A stretch of DNA of 64,000 bases from Candidatus Gastranaerophilales bacterium (GCA_944325175.1 CALUYZ010000005.1:15484-79483), one strand, 5' to 3'; shown: positions 1 through 10,612, counted from the first letter of the stretch. Numbers and translations are program-made. The notes: a model not told the origin generated them from the sequence alone.

Positions 1-954
1 AATCTTTATCAAGATGAAAATTTCACCCATTATACCGTCATGTTAAATGAGGCGGTTGATTTTTTAAATATTGAAAATAATCCGGATGCTGTTTATATAG
101 ATGCCACTTTGGGCGCAGGCGGTCATAGCGAGCTTATTTTACAAAAATTATCGGATAAAGGCAGACTTATTTCATTTGATGTTGATAAAGATGCAATTTC
201 TGCTGCTTCAAAAAGGCTTCAAATATATAAAAATTTAACAATTATAAATAGAAGTTATACTGAAATTAAAGAAGTTTTATCCGAACTTGGAATTGAAAAA
301 ATTACAGGTGGTGTAATTTTTGATTTAGGCGCAAGTTTTCATCAGTTGACCAAAGGTGACAGGGGTTTTAGTTTCAATAAAGATGCCCCTTTAGATATGC
401 GCTTTAATCAAGAGCAAAAGTTTTCAGCTTATGATGTTGTGAATAGATATAGTGCAGAAAAACTTGTTGAAATTTTTTCAAAATATGGTGAAGAACATTT
501 TTCAAAAAGAATTGCAAAAGCCATTGTAAATTCACGCCCTATTAATACAACTTTACAATTATCAAATTTAATTGTATCTTCTACACCCAAAGTTAAAACT
601 TCAATTCACCCCGCTACAAGGGTGTTTCAGGCAATAAGAATTGAAGTTAATCAAGAGTTGTTAAATTTTGAAAATACATTAAAAGATGTGCTTACTTTAT
701 TATCCTTAGGTGGTATAATTAGTATTATCAGTTTTCATTCTTTAGAAGACAGAATTGCTAAGCATTTTTTGAAGGAATATTCTAAAAAGTGCAGATGCAA
801 AAAAGAACAACCCGTTTGTTCTTGTGGCGGTCAGGTTCTTGAATTACTTACAAAAAAACCTGTTATGGCAAAGGATGATGAGGTAAAAAACAACCCGCCT
901 TCACGAAGCGCAAAACTGAGGGCTGCAAAGAAAATATCTGATGTTGGAGTTTAA
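1..954 (+). CDS. rsmH: 16S rRNA (cytosine1402-N4)-methyltransferase RsmH/MraW; 5' end probably off-window
   Basis: SAM-binding motif DATLGAGGHS. The RsmH-type N-terminal HYTVMLNEAV starts upstream of the first ATG at 40 and the frame is open to base 1. Followed by ftsL-like and ftsI genes as in dcw clusters. Confidence 0.9.
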   Translation, partial: NLYQDENFTHYTVMLNEAVDFLNIENNPDAVYIDATLGAGGHSELILQKLSDKGRLISFDVDKDAISAASKRLQIYKNLTIINRSYTEIKEVLSELGIEKITGGVIFDLGASFHQLTKGDRGFSFNKDAPLDMRFNQEQKFSAYDVVNRYSAEKLVEIFSKYGEEHFSKRIAKAIVNSRPINTTLQLSNLIVSSTPKVKTSIHPATRVFQAIRIEVNQELLNFENTLKDVLTLLSLGGIISIISFHSLEDRIAKHFLKEYSKKCRCKKEQPVCSCGGQVLELLTKKPVMAKDDEVKNNPPSRSAKLRAAKKISDVGV

Positions 955-957
955 AAT

Positions 958-1536
958 TTGAATTCTTTTGATTTTAACAATAAGAACAATCAAAATGTTC
1001 CATATAGCTCAAACGATGGGATTAAACCCGGCATTGGGGGTGATATGCAAAAGTCTTCTTTGGGTTCAAATATGCTTGGTGCAAGAAGCATTAAAAATCC
1101 TTATCATGACAATATGCAAAATAATAAAAACAATGCCAGAATTCCCCAAAATGCAGGCAACCCTGTAATTAGCGGTTATTTTGTTAAGGAAAAATCATAT
1201 AAAGAAATTATTATTTCAAGAATTAACACCGTCTTGTGCGGCATTTTAGGTTGTTTGGTTTTGGTTTGCTTGGTAAGCTATTATTTTGTTGTTCAAAATG
1301 AAATCGAGCTTAGGAAATTAAGCAAAGAAACAATCGCCCTTAATTATGACAATGTAGATATGCAAAACAAATTAGACAATCTTCAGTCTTTTTCAAATGT
1401 TGATTTTGCGGTTACTAAATCAAACACTTTAACAAGAGCAAAAAAAGTAATAGAACTTTCTGCTGCTAATGTTCCCAGTGTTAACTATGATAAAAAGAAA
1501 AATGAAGGGCTTACAAACAGATACTTGGGTTATTAA
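958..1536 (+). CDS. FtsL-like cell-division protein (single TM helix plus coiled coil); TTG start
   Basis: Lies between rsmH and ftsI. One hydrophobic helix (VLCGILGCLVLVCLVSYYFVV) is followed by a heptad-like region. No motif-level identity, so the call rests on context and architecture. Confidence 0.5.
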   Translation: MNSFDFNNKNNQNVPYSSNDGIKPGIGGDMQKSSLGSNMLGARSIKNPYHDNMQNNKNNARIPQNAGNPVISGYFVKEKSYKEIIISRINTVLCGILGCLVLVCLVSYYFVVQNEIELRKLSKETIALNYDNVDMQNKLDNLQSFSNVDFAVTKSNTLTRAKKVIELSAANVPSVNYDKKKNEGLTNRYLGY

Positions 1537-1561
1537 TTATACACAGAGGCATTAGGGGAAG

Positions 1562-3289
1562 TTGAACAGAGAATTTCATAAACAATTTGAAAAAAGGGTT
1601 GGTTGTTTGCAACTTTTGTTTAACTTGTTTGTTGTTCTTCTTTTGGCATATCTTTTTTTGGTTCAGGTTTTTGATATAAGAGGCTATCGTGACAGGGCAA
1701 AAACCCAAAGAGCTTCTACCCCCTTTGTTTTAAGAGGTGAAATTGTTGACAGAAACAATGTAAAACTTGCAACTGATGATACTTCTTTTAACGTTTATGC
1801 TCATCCTCTTTATTATGATAATTCGCCGGATGAACTTGCGGAAAAATTATCTTCCCTTTTAAATATGGATAAAAAAACACTGGCTTCAAGGTTTGCAAAA
1901 GATGAGAATGTAATTCTTATTAAAAAAGGAATTTCAAGAAAAACCGCAGAAAAAATAAAAGCACTAAAATTGAGAGAAATTTCTCTTGAAGCAAAAAACA
2001 AAAGAATATATCCTCAAGGCAGTTTAGCTGCACATATTTTAGGCTATTATAATGCAGATGCAGATATGGCAGGGGGTATTGAATATGTTGCAAGTGATTA
2101 TCTTAAATATATAGATAAATCTATTAAATATGAAAAAATGCCCAATGGCGATATTATATACAATTTATCGGTGGACCCTGAAGATGTTATAAACCCCACC
2201 AAAGGTAAAACTTTAAAATTAACAATAGATTCTCCAATTCAGCATATTTGTGAAAAATATTTATATCAAATGGTTCAAAAAACAGATGCATACAGAGGTG
2301 CTGCTATTGTTATGGAACCTAAAACAGGTGAAATTTTAGCCATGGCTGAATATCCCTACTATGACCCAAACAACTACCAAAAGCACTCTTTAATTGAAAT
2401 GAAAAACTGGGCGCTTACAGATGTTTATCCCCCCGGTTCAACTTTTAAAATTATTACAATCGCATCTGCCATGTTGAATAATAAAATTAACAAAAACACA
2501 AAAATTATGGACACGGGAAAAATGAAAGTCGGCTGGTGGGAAATAACCAATTACGATTATCGTGAAAAAGGCGCCCCCGGCTTAATTGACCTTGTTTATC
2601 TGTTCCAACATTCAAGCAATATTGCAAGTGTTAAGGTTGCTCAAATGATGACGCCTGAAGAATATTATGATGCGCTTCAATTATTTGGTTTTGGGCAAAG
2701 GACAGGAATTGATCTTCCGGGTGAATCTACAGGGTTGCTTCCTAAAGCTTCAACTTGGGACATTTCAACCCATGCTTCAATGGCATACGGCTATGGTGCT
2801 TCAGTTACTGCAATACAAATGATTTCTGCCGTAAATGCTATAGCAAATGACGGTGTTTGGATAACACCTCATGTTATTAAATATTCTGATGCAGTTGCCG
2901 AGAAGAAAGTTATAAAACGCCGTATAATGACGCATGAGCAAGCGCAAGAAATAACAGAACTTCTTGTAAAATCAATCGAAGCGGGTCATTCCATGGGCAA
3001 AATGGAAGGCTACACGGTAGCTGCAAAAACAGGTACATCAAGGCGACCAAACGACAAAGGTACGGGTTATTCCAATAAGTTATACACATCTATGATTGGT
3101 TTTCTTCCTGCATCCAACCCAAAAGTAACCATTTATGTCGTAATTGACTCTCCTCAAGGTGGCGGATTATGGGGTTCGACTGTTGCAGGGCCCGTGTTTA
3201 AAGATATTGCAACAGAAATTGTAAGAATTTTGAATATTAATCCGGATAAGACACAACCCGATGAAAATAAAAGTGTAAAGATAAATTAA
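1562..3289 (+). CDS. ftsI: Penicillin-binding protein, class B transpeptidase (FtsI/PBP3-like)
   Basis: N-terminal TM anchor. Transpeptidase motifs STFK (SxxK), SSN (SxN) and KTGT (KTG). dcw-cluster position. Confidence 0.9.
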   Translation: MNREFHKQFEKRVGCLQLLFNLFVVLLLAYLFLVQVFDIRGYRDRAKTQRASTPFVLRGEIVDRNNVKLATDDTSFNVYAHPLYYDNSPDELAEKLSSLLNMDKKTLASRFAKDENVILIKKGISRKTAEKIKALKLREISLEAKNKRIYPQGSLAAHILGYYNADADMAGGIEYVASDYLKYIDKSIKYEKMPNGDIIYNLSVDPEDVINPTKGKTLKLTIDSPIQHICEKYLYQMVQKTDAYRGAAIVMEPKTGEILAMAEYPYYDPNNYQKHSLIEMKNWALTDVYPPGSTFKIITIASAMLNNKINKNTKIMDTGKMKVGWWEITNYDYREKGAPGLIDLVYLFQHSSNIASVKVAQMMTPEEYYDALQLFGFGQRTGIDLPGESTGLLPKASTWDISTHASMAYGYGASVTAIQMISAVNAIANDGVWITPHVIKYSDAVAEKKVIKRRIMTHEQAQEITELLVKSIEAGHSMGKMEGYTVAAKTGTSRRPNDKGTGYSNKLYTSMIGFLPASNPKVTIYVVIDSPQGGGLWGSTVAGPVFKDIATEIVRILNINPDKTQPDENKSVKIN

Positions 3290-3415
3290 CTCTCTTGATT
3301 TTATAATTGTTTTTGTTAAAATTTTCATGAGATAAGTTAATTTCGAGTGTAGTTCCTTACTTAGTTTCACATTTAAGATTTTAACTTTTTTTGTAGTTGG
3401 TGACATAGAATTATT

Positions 3416-6400
3416 GTGAAATACAATTTTAACAACAGTTTTATTAAAGAACAAGCTAAACCCGGCAGCTGGCGCAGGGGTTATGAATGTTTTCAAAAAA
3501 ATTTAGTTAGCGATGTTACAATTAAAGATGCCGTTATTTCAGGCAAAGTAAAAGGCAATTTTAAAGATCACTATGATGTTTCGATAAAATTTAATAAAAC
3601 ATCCGCTAAACCTTCTTGTTCTTGCCCTCTTGATGAACCTTGGTGCAAGCATGTTGTTGCTTTGGGTTTATCTGCAATTAAAGAGCATCAGGTTGATGAA
3701 TTGATGTATGAAAAATATAATATTGAGCCAACAATAGTGGATGAAAATATTCCCATGACGGAAAATCCTAAAGGCGGCTATATTTTTCACTTTAACCCCA
3801 AAAGAAGGCAAAATTTCTTTTCAATTCTTGTAATGGACAGAAACACAAAAAGAGTTATAAGAGATTTAGAAGCAATTTTTAAAGCCGTTTTGGAAATGCA
3901 AAAAAACGACCCCGATTTTAAGCTGAACGAAGTACAAAAGCTCGAAGCGATGATGTTTTCAATGCTTTTAAAACAATCAAGGCTGGATAAAAAATCAGGT
4001 TGGTATGATGTTCAAATTAATAAATTTGATGACTTCTTTAAAATGCTCTCTAAAATGGAAGATGTAATAGATGCTAAAACACATAAGAAAATTTTATTTA
4101 CATCCGATGTTTGGAATTTGTGCTTGTCCGTTAATGTTTCTTATGTCGGAAATGTTTTATTGTCTTTATATTGGAAGCGCCCTGACGGGAATGAAATTTA
4201 TCCTTTCGAAGAAATCAGATATTTTTCAAGAGGTCTAAAATGGGGCAGATATAAAGATAGAATTTTCCAAACGGATGTAATGGTTTCTGTTCTTCCGCAA
4301 AACCTTATTAAGGCTTCTTTTACAGATATTAAAGATGCCGAGGGCGGTAAATTCATTTATGAAGAACTTCCTGAATTAAGAAAAGTCATGACAGTTGAAT
4401 TGTCGGAAGAAATGGAAAAACTTTCATTTGAAAAAAGAGACCCTAAATGTGTAGTTGAACTTGGCATTGATTATGATCAATCCCTAAAAGCATCTTTGGA
4501 ATTTGAATATGACGGAGTTAGGGTTCCTTATACAAAAAATCCGAAAACGCCCTATATTACAATTAAAGACCCTGAAAAAGATTTATTATATTGGGTTAAA
4601 AGAGATTCAAATTATGAGCAAAGAGCCTATCAAATGCTTCTTGCTTGCCGTTTTGCACCAATGCAAACTAACAATTTAGCCCTTGAAAAAGAAAATGCTA
4701 TTGATTTTTACAACTATTATATAAATCAAGCAGGCTCAAATTGGGAATTTATAGAAAAAGACGATATGTCCATGTATAAATTAACAAAAAAAGAGCTTAC
4801 CTTGTGCGCTGAAATTGATTTTGCATCAGATACAACAGATAAATTTGAAATTGAAATGTACGCAGAAGCAGAAGGCGAGCGCATTGAATTTGAAAAGGTT
4901 CAAGAATTAGTCTATGACGGGCAAAGATATTATCAATCCGTTGGCAAAGGGCAGAGTTTAATACCTGTAGATAACGTATTTACACTGTTAAAATCATTTA
5001 ATACATACGATGTTTACAAAAATGATGAAGATAAATATATCGTAAAAACATACCGTGCAGGTGTAGTTTCCGAAATGGAAAATATGAAGGTTAAAATGAA
5101 AATGTCCAGAAAATTTTCTAAATTCTGGAAAGAAATTTCTACATTTTCAAATATGGAAAATACGGCATTGCCAAAATCAACCGTTGCAAATCTTCGTGAA
5201 TATCAACAAAAAGGCTACAGTTGGTTATGGTTTTTGTATAAATACGGGCTTAATGGAATTTTAGCAGATGATATGGGTCTTGGTAAAACTCTTCAAACTT
5301 TAACCTTGTTACAAAAGGCAAAAGAAAAAGACGGTAAAGAGCCAACCCTTGTAATTTGCCCGACCTCAGTTGTTTTTAACTGGGAAAATGAAATTGAAAA
5401 ATTTGCCCCCAATCTAAAATTTTTAACTCTTTCAGGGTCTGAAAGAAAAGCAAACTTTAAAAATATTCCAAAATTTGATGTCATTATTACAAGCTATGCT
5501 CTTATCAGGCGTGATATTGAACAGCTAAAAAAATATGATTTCAGATACATTATTTTAGATGAATCTCAAAATATAAAAAATGCACAAAGTCAAACTTCAA
5601 AAGCGGTTAAAACCCTAAAAGCTAAGCACAAATTGGCACTGTCAGGCACCCCTATTGAAAATAGGCTTGAAGAATTATGGAGTGTATTTGATTTTCTTAT
5701 GCCCGGTTTCTTGTTTGATTCTAATGAATTTAATAACAGATACGTATATCCAATCGTAGAAAAAGAAGATAAACAAGTGGAAAGGCGCTTAAAATCGCAA
5801 ATTTTCCCATTTATTTTAAGACGTATGAAAAGGGATGTTGCAAAAGATTTGCCTGATAAAATTGAAGCCGTTGCATATTGCGAACTTACACCCGAGCAAA
5901 AAGACTTATATTTGCAAGTTCTTGATTCTACTAAAGAAGAATTGTTTAAATCAATCGAAACAGTTGGCTTGGAAAAATCCAGAATGTCTATTTTCTCTGC
6001 CCTTCTACGTTTGCGTCAAATCTGCTGTCATCCGAGATTGTACGACAAAGAAGGCATGTTAAATATTAATGAATCAGGTAAGTTTGAGCATTTGCAATCA
6101 ATGCTTGAGGAAATCATATCTGAAGGTCATAGAATTTTATTATTCAGCCAGTTTGTAGGCATGCTTGATATAATTAAAGTGTGGCTTGAAAATAAAGGTA
6201 TTAAGCATGAATACCTATCCGGTGCCACCAAAAACAGACAAGAGGTTGTAGAAAGGTTTAATTCCGACCCTACAATTCCTATCTTCCTTGTTTCCTTGAA
6301 AGCAGGCGGAACAGGCTTGAATTTAACAGGTGCCGATTATGTAATTCACTATGACCCATGGTGGAACCCTGCCGTTGAAGATCAGGCAACAGACAGGGCT

Positions 6401-6583
6401 TACCGTATCGGGCAAACCAAAAAAGTTTTTGTTTACCGCTTAATTACAAAAGGAACGGTTGAAGAAAAAATTCAAAGGTTGAAATCTAAAAAACGTTCGC
6501 TTGTAGATTCTGTAATATCAGTTGACAGAAACATTGCAAAAACTCTTACATATCAAGATATTAAAGATATTTTCTCGGTTTAA
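3416..6583 (+). CDS. SNF2-family helicase/ATPase with N-terminal SWIM zinc finger (RapA-like)
   Basis: SWIM-type CSCPLDEPWCKH. Helicase motifs DDMGLGKT (I), DESQNIKN (II), SGTPIENRL, LKAGGTGLNLT and QATDRAYRIGQ (VI). Confidence 0.9.
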   Translation: MKYNFNNSFIKEQAKPGSWRRGYECFQKNLVSDVTIKDAVISGKVKGNFKDHYDVSIKFNKTSAKPSCSCPLDEPWCKHVVALGLSAIKEHQVDELMYEKYNIEPTIVDENIPMTENPKGGYIFHFNPKRRQNFFSILVMDRNTKRVIRDLEAIFKAVLEMQKNDPDFKLNEVQKLEAMMFSMLLKQSRLDKKSGWYDVQINKFDDFFKMLSKMEDVIDAKTHKKILFTSDVWNLCLSVNVSYVGNVLLSLYWKRPDGNEIYPFEEIRYFSRGLKWGRYKDRIFQTDVMVSVLPQNLIKASFTDIKDAEGGKFIYEELPELRKVMTVELSEEMEKLSFEKRDPKCVVELGIDYDQSLKASLEFEYDGVRVPYTKNPKTPYITIKDPEKDLLYWVKRDSNYEQRAYQMLLACRFAPMQTNNLALEKENAIDFYNYYINQAGSNWEFIEKDDMSMYKLTKKELTLCAEIDFASDTTDKFEIEMYAEAEGERIEFEKVQELVYDGQRYYQSVGKGQSLIPVDNVFTLLKSFNTYDVYKNDEDKYIVKTYRAGVVSEMENMKVKMKMSRKFSKFWKEISTFSNMENTALPKSTVANLREYQQKGYSWLWFLYKYGLNGILADDMGLGKTLQTLTLLQKAKEKDGKEPTLVICPTSVVFNWENEIEKFAPNLKFLTLSGSERKANFKNIPKFDVIITSYALIRRDIEQLKKYDFRYIILDESQNIKNAQSQTSKAVKTLKAKHKLALSGTPIENRLEELWSVFDFLMPGFLFDSNEFNNRYVYPIVEKEDKQVERRLKSQIFPFILRRMKRDVAKDLPDKIEAVAYCELTPEQKDLYLQVLDSTKEELFKSIETVGLEKSRMSIFSALLRLRQICCHPRLYDKEGMLNINESGKFEHLQSMLEEIISEGHRILLFSQFVGMLDIIKVWLENKGIKHEYLSGATKNRQEVVERFNSDPTIPIFLVSLKAGGTGLNLTGADYVIHYDPWWNPAVEDQATDRAYRIGQTKKVFVYRLITKGTVEEKIQRLKSKKRSLVDSVISVDRNIAKTLTYQDIKDIFSV

Positions 6584-6610
6584 AAACCCCCTTAATTTTA
6601 AGGGGTTTAA
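6584..6610. terminator. Hairpin between convergent SNF2 and hydG genes
   Basis: aaaaccccc-ttaatttta-aggggttt inverted repeat flanked by A/T runs. Confidence 0.6.
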
Positions 6611-6616
6611 ATTTAT

Positions 6617-8029
6617 CTAAAATTTTAAATCTCTTATTCCTTTTTCAATATTTTCAAGGTTTTTAATTACTTCTTCTTTTAAAATAGGGTTATCGATGTT
6701 TAAAAGCTCTTGTTTTATTAATTTTTCCCCTGCAAGTTTTGTTTCATTTGAAGCGTAATCAATCAAATATTCTTTTAATGTCATAATGGCGTTTGGTGCG
6801 CAGAAATTATGAATTTGTTCTTTTTTGCAAATTTCCATAAAATCTGAACCTATTCTTCCTTTTCTATAGCAAGCTGTACAAAAACTTGGCATATAATCCA
6901 TTTGAATAAGCCATCTTACGACTTCATCCAAAGTTCTAAGGTCTGAAACATTAAATTGAGATGAATCTTCTTTTTCAGGCTTTGCATAGCCGCCAACGCT
7001 TGTTTTAGAACCGCCTGAAATTTGTGTTATTCCCACATGAAGGCTTCTTTTTCTAACATTAACATTTTCTCTTGTTGAAACAATCATGCCTGTATATGGC
7101 ACAGCAAGCCTTAAAACAGCTATTATTTTTTCAAAAGTATCATCATCAATACCATTATCAAAGCTATTTGGGTCAATATCATCAGCTTTTCTTATTCTTG
7201 GAACTGAAATTGTATGAGGACCAACGCCAAAATTAGCTTCTAGGTGTTCTGCATGCATTATAAGCCCGACAAGTTCATAACGATATAAGCTTAAACCAAA
7301 TAAAACTCCAAGCCCAACATCTTCTATGCCGCCTGTCAAGGCTCTGTCCATTGCTTCAGTGTGGTATTTATAGTTGCTTTTTGGCCCTTTCGGGTGAAGG
7401 TTTTCATAGTTTTTCTTGTGGTATGTTTCTTGAAACAGTATATATGTGCCAATTTCAGCTTCTTTTAATTTTTTATAATTATCCACCGTTGTTGCTGCAA
7501 TATTGACGTTAACCCTTCTTATAGAGCCATTTTTGTGTTTTGTATTATAAATTGTGTTGATTGATTCTAAAATGTATTCAATGGGGTTATGAACAGGGTC
7601 TTCGCCGGATTCAATCGCAAGCCTTTTGTGCCCCATATCTTGAAGTGCTATAACTTCTTGTTCAATTTCTTCTTGTGTTAATTTTTTTCTTGGTATGTGC
7701 TTGTTTGTATAATGATACGGGCAATATACGCAACCGTTTACGCAATAATTTGAAAGATAAAGGGGTGCAAATAAAACAATTCTGTTGCCGTAAAAATCTT
7801 TTTTAATTTTTTCTGCAAGCGCAAAAATTTCATTATTTTTTTCATCAATGGTGCAATCCAATAAAATTAATGCTTCTCTATGGGTTAAGCCCTTTTTTTC
7901 TTTAGCTTTTTGGATTATATCGTCAATTAATTTTTCATTATTTTTATTAGCTTCAGCCCATTTAAGCGTTTCTATAATTTCGTCGTGGTTGATAAAATTT
8001 GTTGCATCAAAAGATTTAATATCATACAT
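6617..8029 (-). CDS. hydG: [FeFe]-hydrogenase maturase HydG (radical SAM tyrosine lyase)
   Basis: Radical SAM CVNGCVYC (Cx3Cx2C) in the LYLSNYC context typical of HydG/ThiH. The C-terminal CTAC-x22-C motif matches the HydG-specific Cx2Cx22C cluster. Start placed at the internal ATG (MYDIKSF) preceded by agaaagg; the ORF extends to 8083. Confidence 0.85.
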   Translation of the reverse strand: MYDIKSFDATNFINHDEIIETLKWAEANKNNEKLIDDIIQKAKEKKGLTHREALILLDCTIDEKNNEIFALAEKIKKDFYGNRIVLFAPLYLSNYCVNGCVYCPYHYTNKHIPRKKLTQEEIEQEVIALQDMGHKRLAIESGEDPVHNPIEYILESINTIYNTKHKNGSIRRVNVNIAATTVDNYKKLKEAEIGTYILFQETYHKKNYENLHPKGPKSNYKYHTEAMDRALTGGIEDVGLGVLFGLSLYRYELVGLIMHAEHLEANFGVGPHTISVPRIRKADDIDPNSFDNGIDDDTFEKIIAVLRLAVPYTGMIVSTRENVNVRKRSLHVGITQISGGSKTSVGGYAKPEKEDSSQFNVSDLRTLDEVVRWLIQMDYMPSFCTACYRKGRIGSDFMEICKKEQIHNFCAPNAIMTLKEYLIDYASNETKLAGEKLIKQELLNIDNPILKEEVIKNLENIEKGIRDLKF

Positions 8030-8095
8030 AATTGCTTGCCTTTCTGATTTAATAATGTTAACTCTTAAAAAATATTCAGGCAAGAAAAATAAATT

Positions 8096-9262
8096 TTAAC
8101 CTAAGGTATCAAACACAACTTTTGAAACTTTTTGTATAAGTTCTCTTGCACCATAGTCGTTATGGGGGCGTTTAACCATAATAACCATAATATATTTTTT
8201 GCCGTTTGGAGAATAAATCACTCCGGCATCACCAAGCATTTTTCCAATATCGCCTGTTTTGTGCATAATTACGGCTTCAGGCGGTAATTGTGATTTAATC
8301 AATGTTCTGTTTTCAACATGGCTCATATATTCTTTTATATTTGCAGCAGATTGAATCGGAACAAATTTTTGATTGTCGATATTATACAGCATTGTTGCTA
8401 TATCGTAAGGAGTTGTAGTGTTTGTTCCTTTCAAATCAGGCAGCCAAGATGTTATTTGTGTTTTTGAAAAACCCCAGTGCCTTAATGCGGAATTTAGTTC
8501 ATTAATGCCGCCAATTTCTTCTATTAGCATATTTGTGGCAGAATTGTCCGATTTTGTAATCATTATTTTTGCCAAATAATCAATAGTGTAATCTACATTG
8601 GCACTTTTAAACTGTAAATTTCCTGAACCTTCTGTTCTGTGCGCTTCCGTAAAGGTTAATTTTTTTTCTAAGCTTATGGGACTAAAACCTTCTTTTTCAA
8701 GGTCTTTGTTGCGGTTGAAAAAATCTAAAAGAACCGGAATTTTAATTATACTTGCAGCAGGAAAAATCTTATCTTTATTTATATCTACGGTTTTTCCCGT
8801 TTTGTAATCATAGATAAAAATGCCTGCATGAAGGTTTTTGTAGTTTTCAAGAATCGGCAAAATATTATTTTTAAGCGCGGTTAATTCTCCAACAGAATTA
8901 ATTGTAAGCATTTTTTCACGCCCTTTGTTTGGAACGCCCGTTAAAATGTTTGTATTTAAAAAGCTTAAATTGTTTACATAATTAAGTGTTGGTGCATAAA
9001 TTGCCTTTGCGTCAAAATTAAGCTTTGCATTATTTATTCTGTTTAAATATACAGGCTCTAAAAAATTTGGCTTGTTTATTGAAAATGCTCCCAATAAAAT
9101 TGTTGCCCAAACCATTGCAGCTATAGCAATTCTTGCTTTTGGCGCTTTCTTTCTTGTTTGTCTGCAAGTTTGCCTGTAATTAGCGCTTTTTAAACTGTCT
9201 GTTGCGCTATAATTATATTGTAATTTTTGTTTCGGATAATTTTTGTATTGTAAATTTTGCAT
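8096..9262 (-). CDS. Class A beta-lactamase-like serine hydrolase, membrane-anchored or secreted
   Basis: SxxK (ASIIK), SDN (KSDNSATN) and KTG (HKTGDIG) motifs in the canonical order. N-terminal hydrophobic segment. Confidence 0.7.
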   Translation of the reverse strand: MQNLQYKNYPKQKLQYNYSATDSLKSANYRQTCRQTRKKAPKARIAIAAMVWATILLGAFSINKPNFLEPVYLNRINNAKLNFDAKAIYAPTLNYVNNLSFLNTNILTGVPNKGREKMLTINSVGELTALKNNILPILENYKNLHAGIFIYDYKTGKTVDINKDKIFPAASIIKIPVLLDFFNRNKDLEKEGFSPISLEKKLTFTEAHRTEGSGNLQFKSANVDYTIDYLAKIMITKSDNSATNMLIEEIGGINELNSALRHWGFSKTQITSWLPDLKGTNTTTPYDIATMLYNIDNQKFVPIQSAANIKEYMSHVENRTLIKSQLPPEAVIMHKTGDIGKMLGDAGVIYSPNGKKYIMVIMVKRPHNDYGARELIQKVSKVVFDTLG

Positions 9263-9374
9263 AAATTCAATATAACAAATTTTATAATTCAGGGCTTTAA
9301 TGTAAAAAAAATTTAATTTTTTTAAAAGATATAAAATTGTTAACTTGTATGAAAAAATATGATATACTCAACTT

Positions 9375-9728
9375 ATGAAATTTTTATATATATTTATTTT
9401 ACTGATTTTATTCTCTTTTCTTCCCGTTTATGCTAAAGATACGGTACAGACATCCGATATGCTTCTTACGGGTAAAATTTCTTCTTATGTTGACGGCCTT
9501 GTCAAAATAAACAAAAATGGCATGGAATATACCTTTACAAGGTCAAAAAATATAGATTATTTTGGCGACTTTGTGCAATATAGGGAGAATCCTTTCAAAA
9601 AAGCTTTAACTGATGCAAATTGTCGTGTTATTTATATTGACCTTTATAAAGTTGTATTTGAACTTCCGACTTCAAGAATTCAAGTTCCAAGATACAGGGT
9701 TAAAAACATTGTTTTAAATGCTGATTAG
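9375..9728 (+). CDS. Small secreted hypothetical protein
   Basis: Signal-peptide-like N-terminus MKFLYIFILLILFSFLPVYA. No recognisable motif. Confidence 0.45.
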   Translation: MKFLYIFILLILFSFLPVYAKDTVQTSDMLLTGKISSYVDGLVKINKNGMEYTFTRSKNIDYFGDFVQYRENPFKKALTDANCRVIYIDLYKVVFELPTSRIQVPRYRVKNIVLNAD

Positions 9729-9738
9729 GAGATAAAAA

Positions 9739-10611
9739 ATGAACGTAGTTATTTATTCAGATAACAATACCGATGAACTCAAAAATATTTTAGAAGATAT
9801 TAATGATATTAATTTAAGGTTTGAGCCTTCAGACAGCTTGCCTCATTATAAAGACATTAATGCATCAGTTATTATTTTAGATATGCCTCTTGATAAAATT
9901 AAAGAAAAGGCTGCTGTTACAAAATTTGATGCAGGTGTTTTAATTTTGACGGATGAAATTCCTGAAATGACTGTTAGAGCGATTGTTCATGATTTTATCA
10001 AACGTCCGATTAATCCTATTGAGCTTAAAGTTAGAACTGAAGCTTTAATGAAGGCTGTTCATTACAAACATTCTTTAAGCAAAGTTTCAATAACAGATGA
10101 ACTTACAGGTCTTTACAACAGAAAATATCTCCATGCCAGATTAGACGCAGAAATTTCTCGTGCAAAAAGATATGGTACCGACCTTTCTTGCCTTTTGATA
10201 GATATTGACTTCTTTAAAACCGTTAATGATATGTATGGCTATGATTGGGGCGATGTTTTATTGAAAAAAGTTGCCGAAATGCTCAGCGCATTAATAAGAA
10301 AAGAAGATATTTTAACAAGATACGGTGATGAAGAATTTCTTTTAATTCTTCCAAACACATCCGAACAACAAGCTTTCATTTTTGCAGAACGTTTTAGACG
10401 TGATATTGAAAAAATGGAATTTATTCCGGCACAAGAAGAAGAACGTCATCCGATTACCATTTCAGGCGGCATTTCAAGCTATCCTTTCTTGGAAAATGTT
10501 GAAGAAAATTCAAATTCTCTGATAAGATACGCTGAACATGCTCTCTACAATGCAAAACAAAGCGGTAAAAATCAAATTGTTCAGTTTTCAAGAATTAATT
10601 TAGGATTCTAA
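9739..10611 (+). CDS. Receiver-like domain fused to a GGDEF-family domain (degenerate GDEEF site, RxxD I-site present)
   Basis: GGDEF-domain hallmarks (DELTGLYNRKY, DIDFFKTVND). The active-site position reads RYGDEEF instead of GG(D/E)EF. RKED lies five residues upstream. Confidence 0.8.
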   Translation: MNVVIYSDNNTDELKNILEDINDINLRFEPSDSLPHYKDINASVIILDMPLDKIKEKAAVTKFDAGVLILTDEIPEMTVRAIVHDFIKRPINPIELKVRTEALMKAVHYKHSLSKVSITDELTGLYNRKYLHARLDAEISRAKRYGTDLSCLLIDIDFFKTVNDMYGYDWGDVLLKKVAEMLSALIRKEDILTRYGDEEFLLILPNTSEQQAFIFAERFRRDIEKMEFIPAQEEERHPITISGGISSYPFLENVEENSNSLIRYAEHALYNAKQSGKNQIVQFSRINLGF

Positions 10612-10612
10612 A

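Noticed and set aside
3167-3496. Minus-strand 109-aa ORF spanning the ftsI / SNF2 junction
   Set aside because: It overlaps the 3' end of ftsI and the 5' end of the helicase gene on the opposite strand. It has no motif and no start context.
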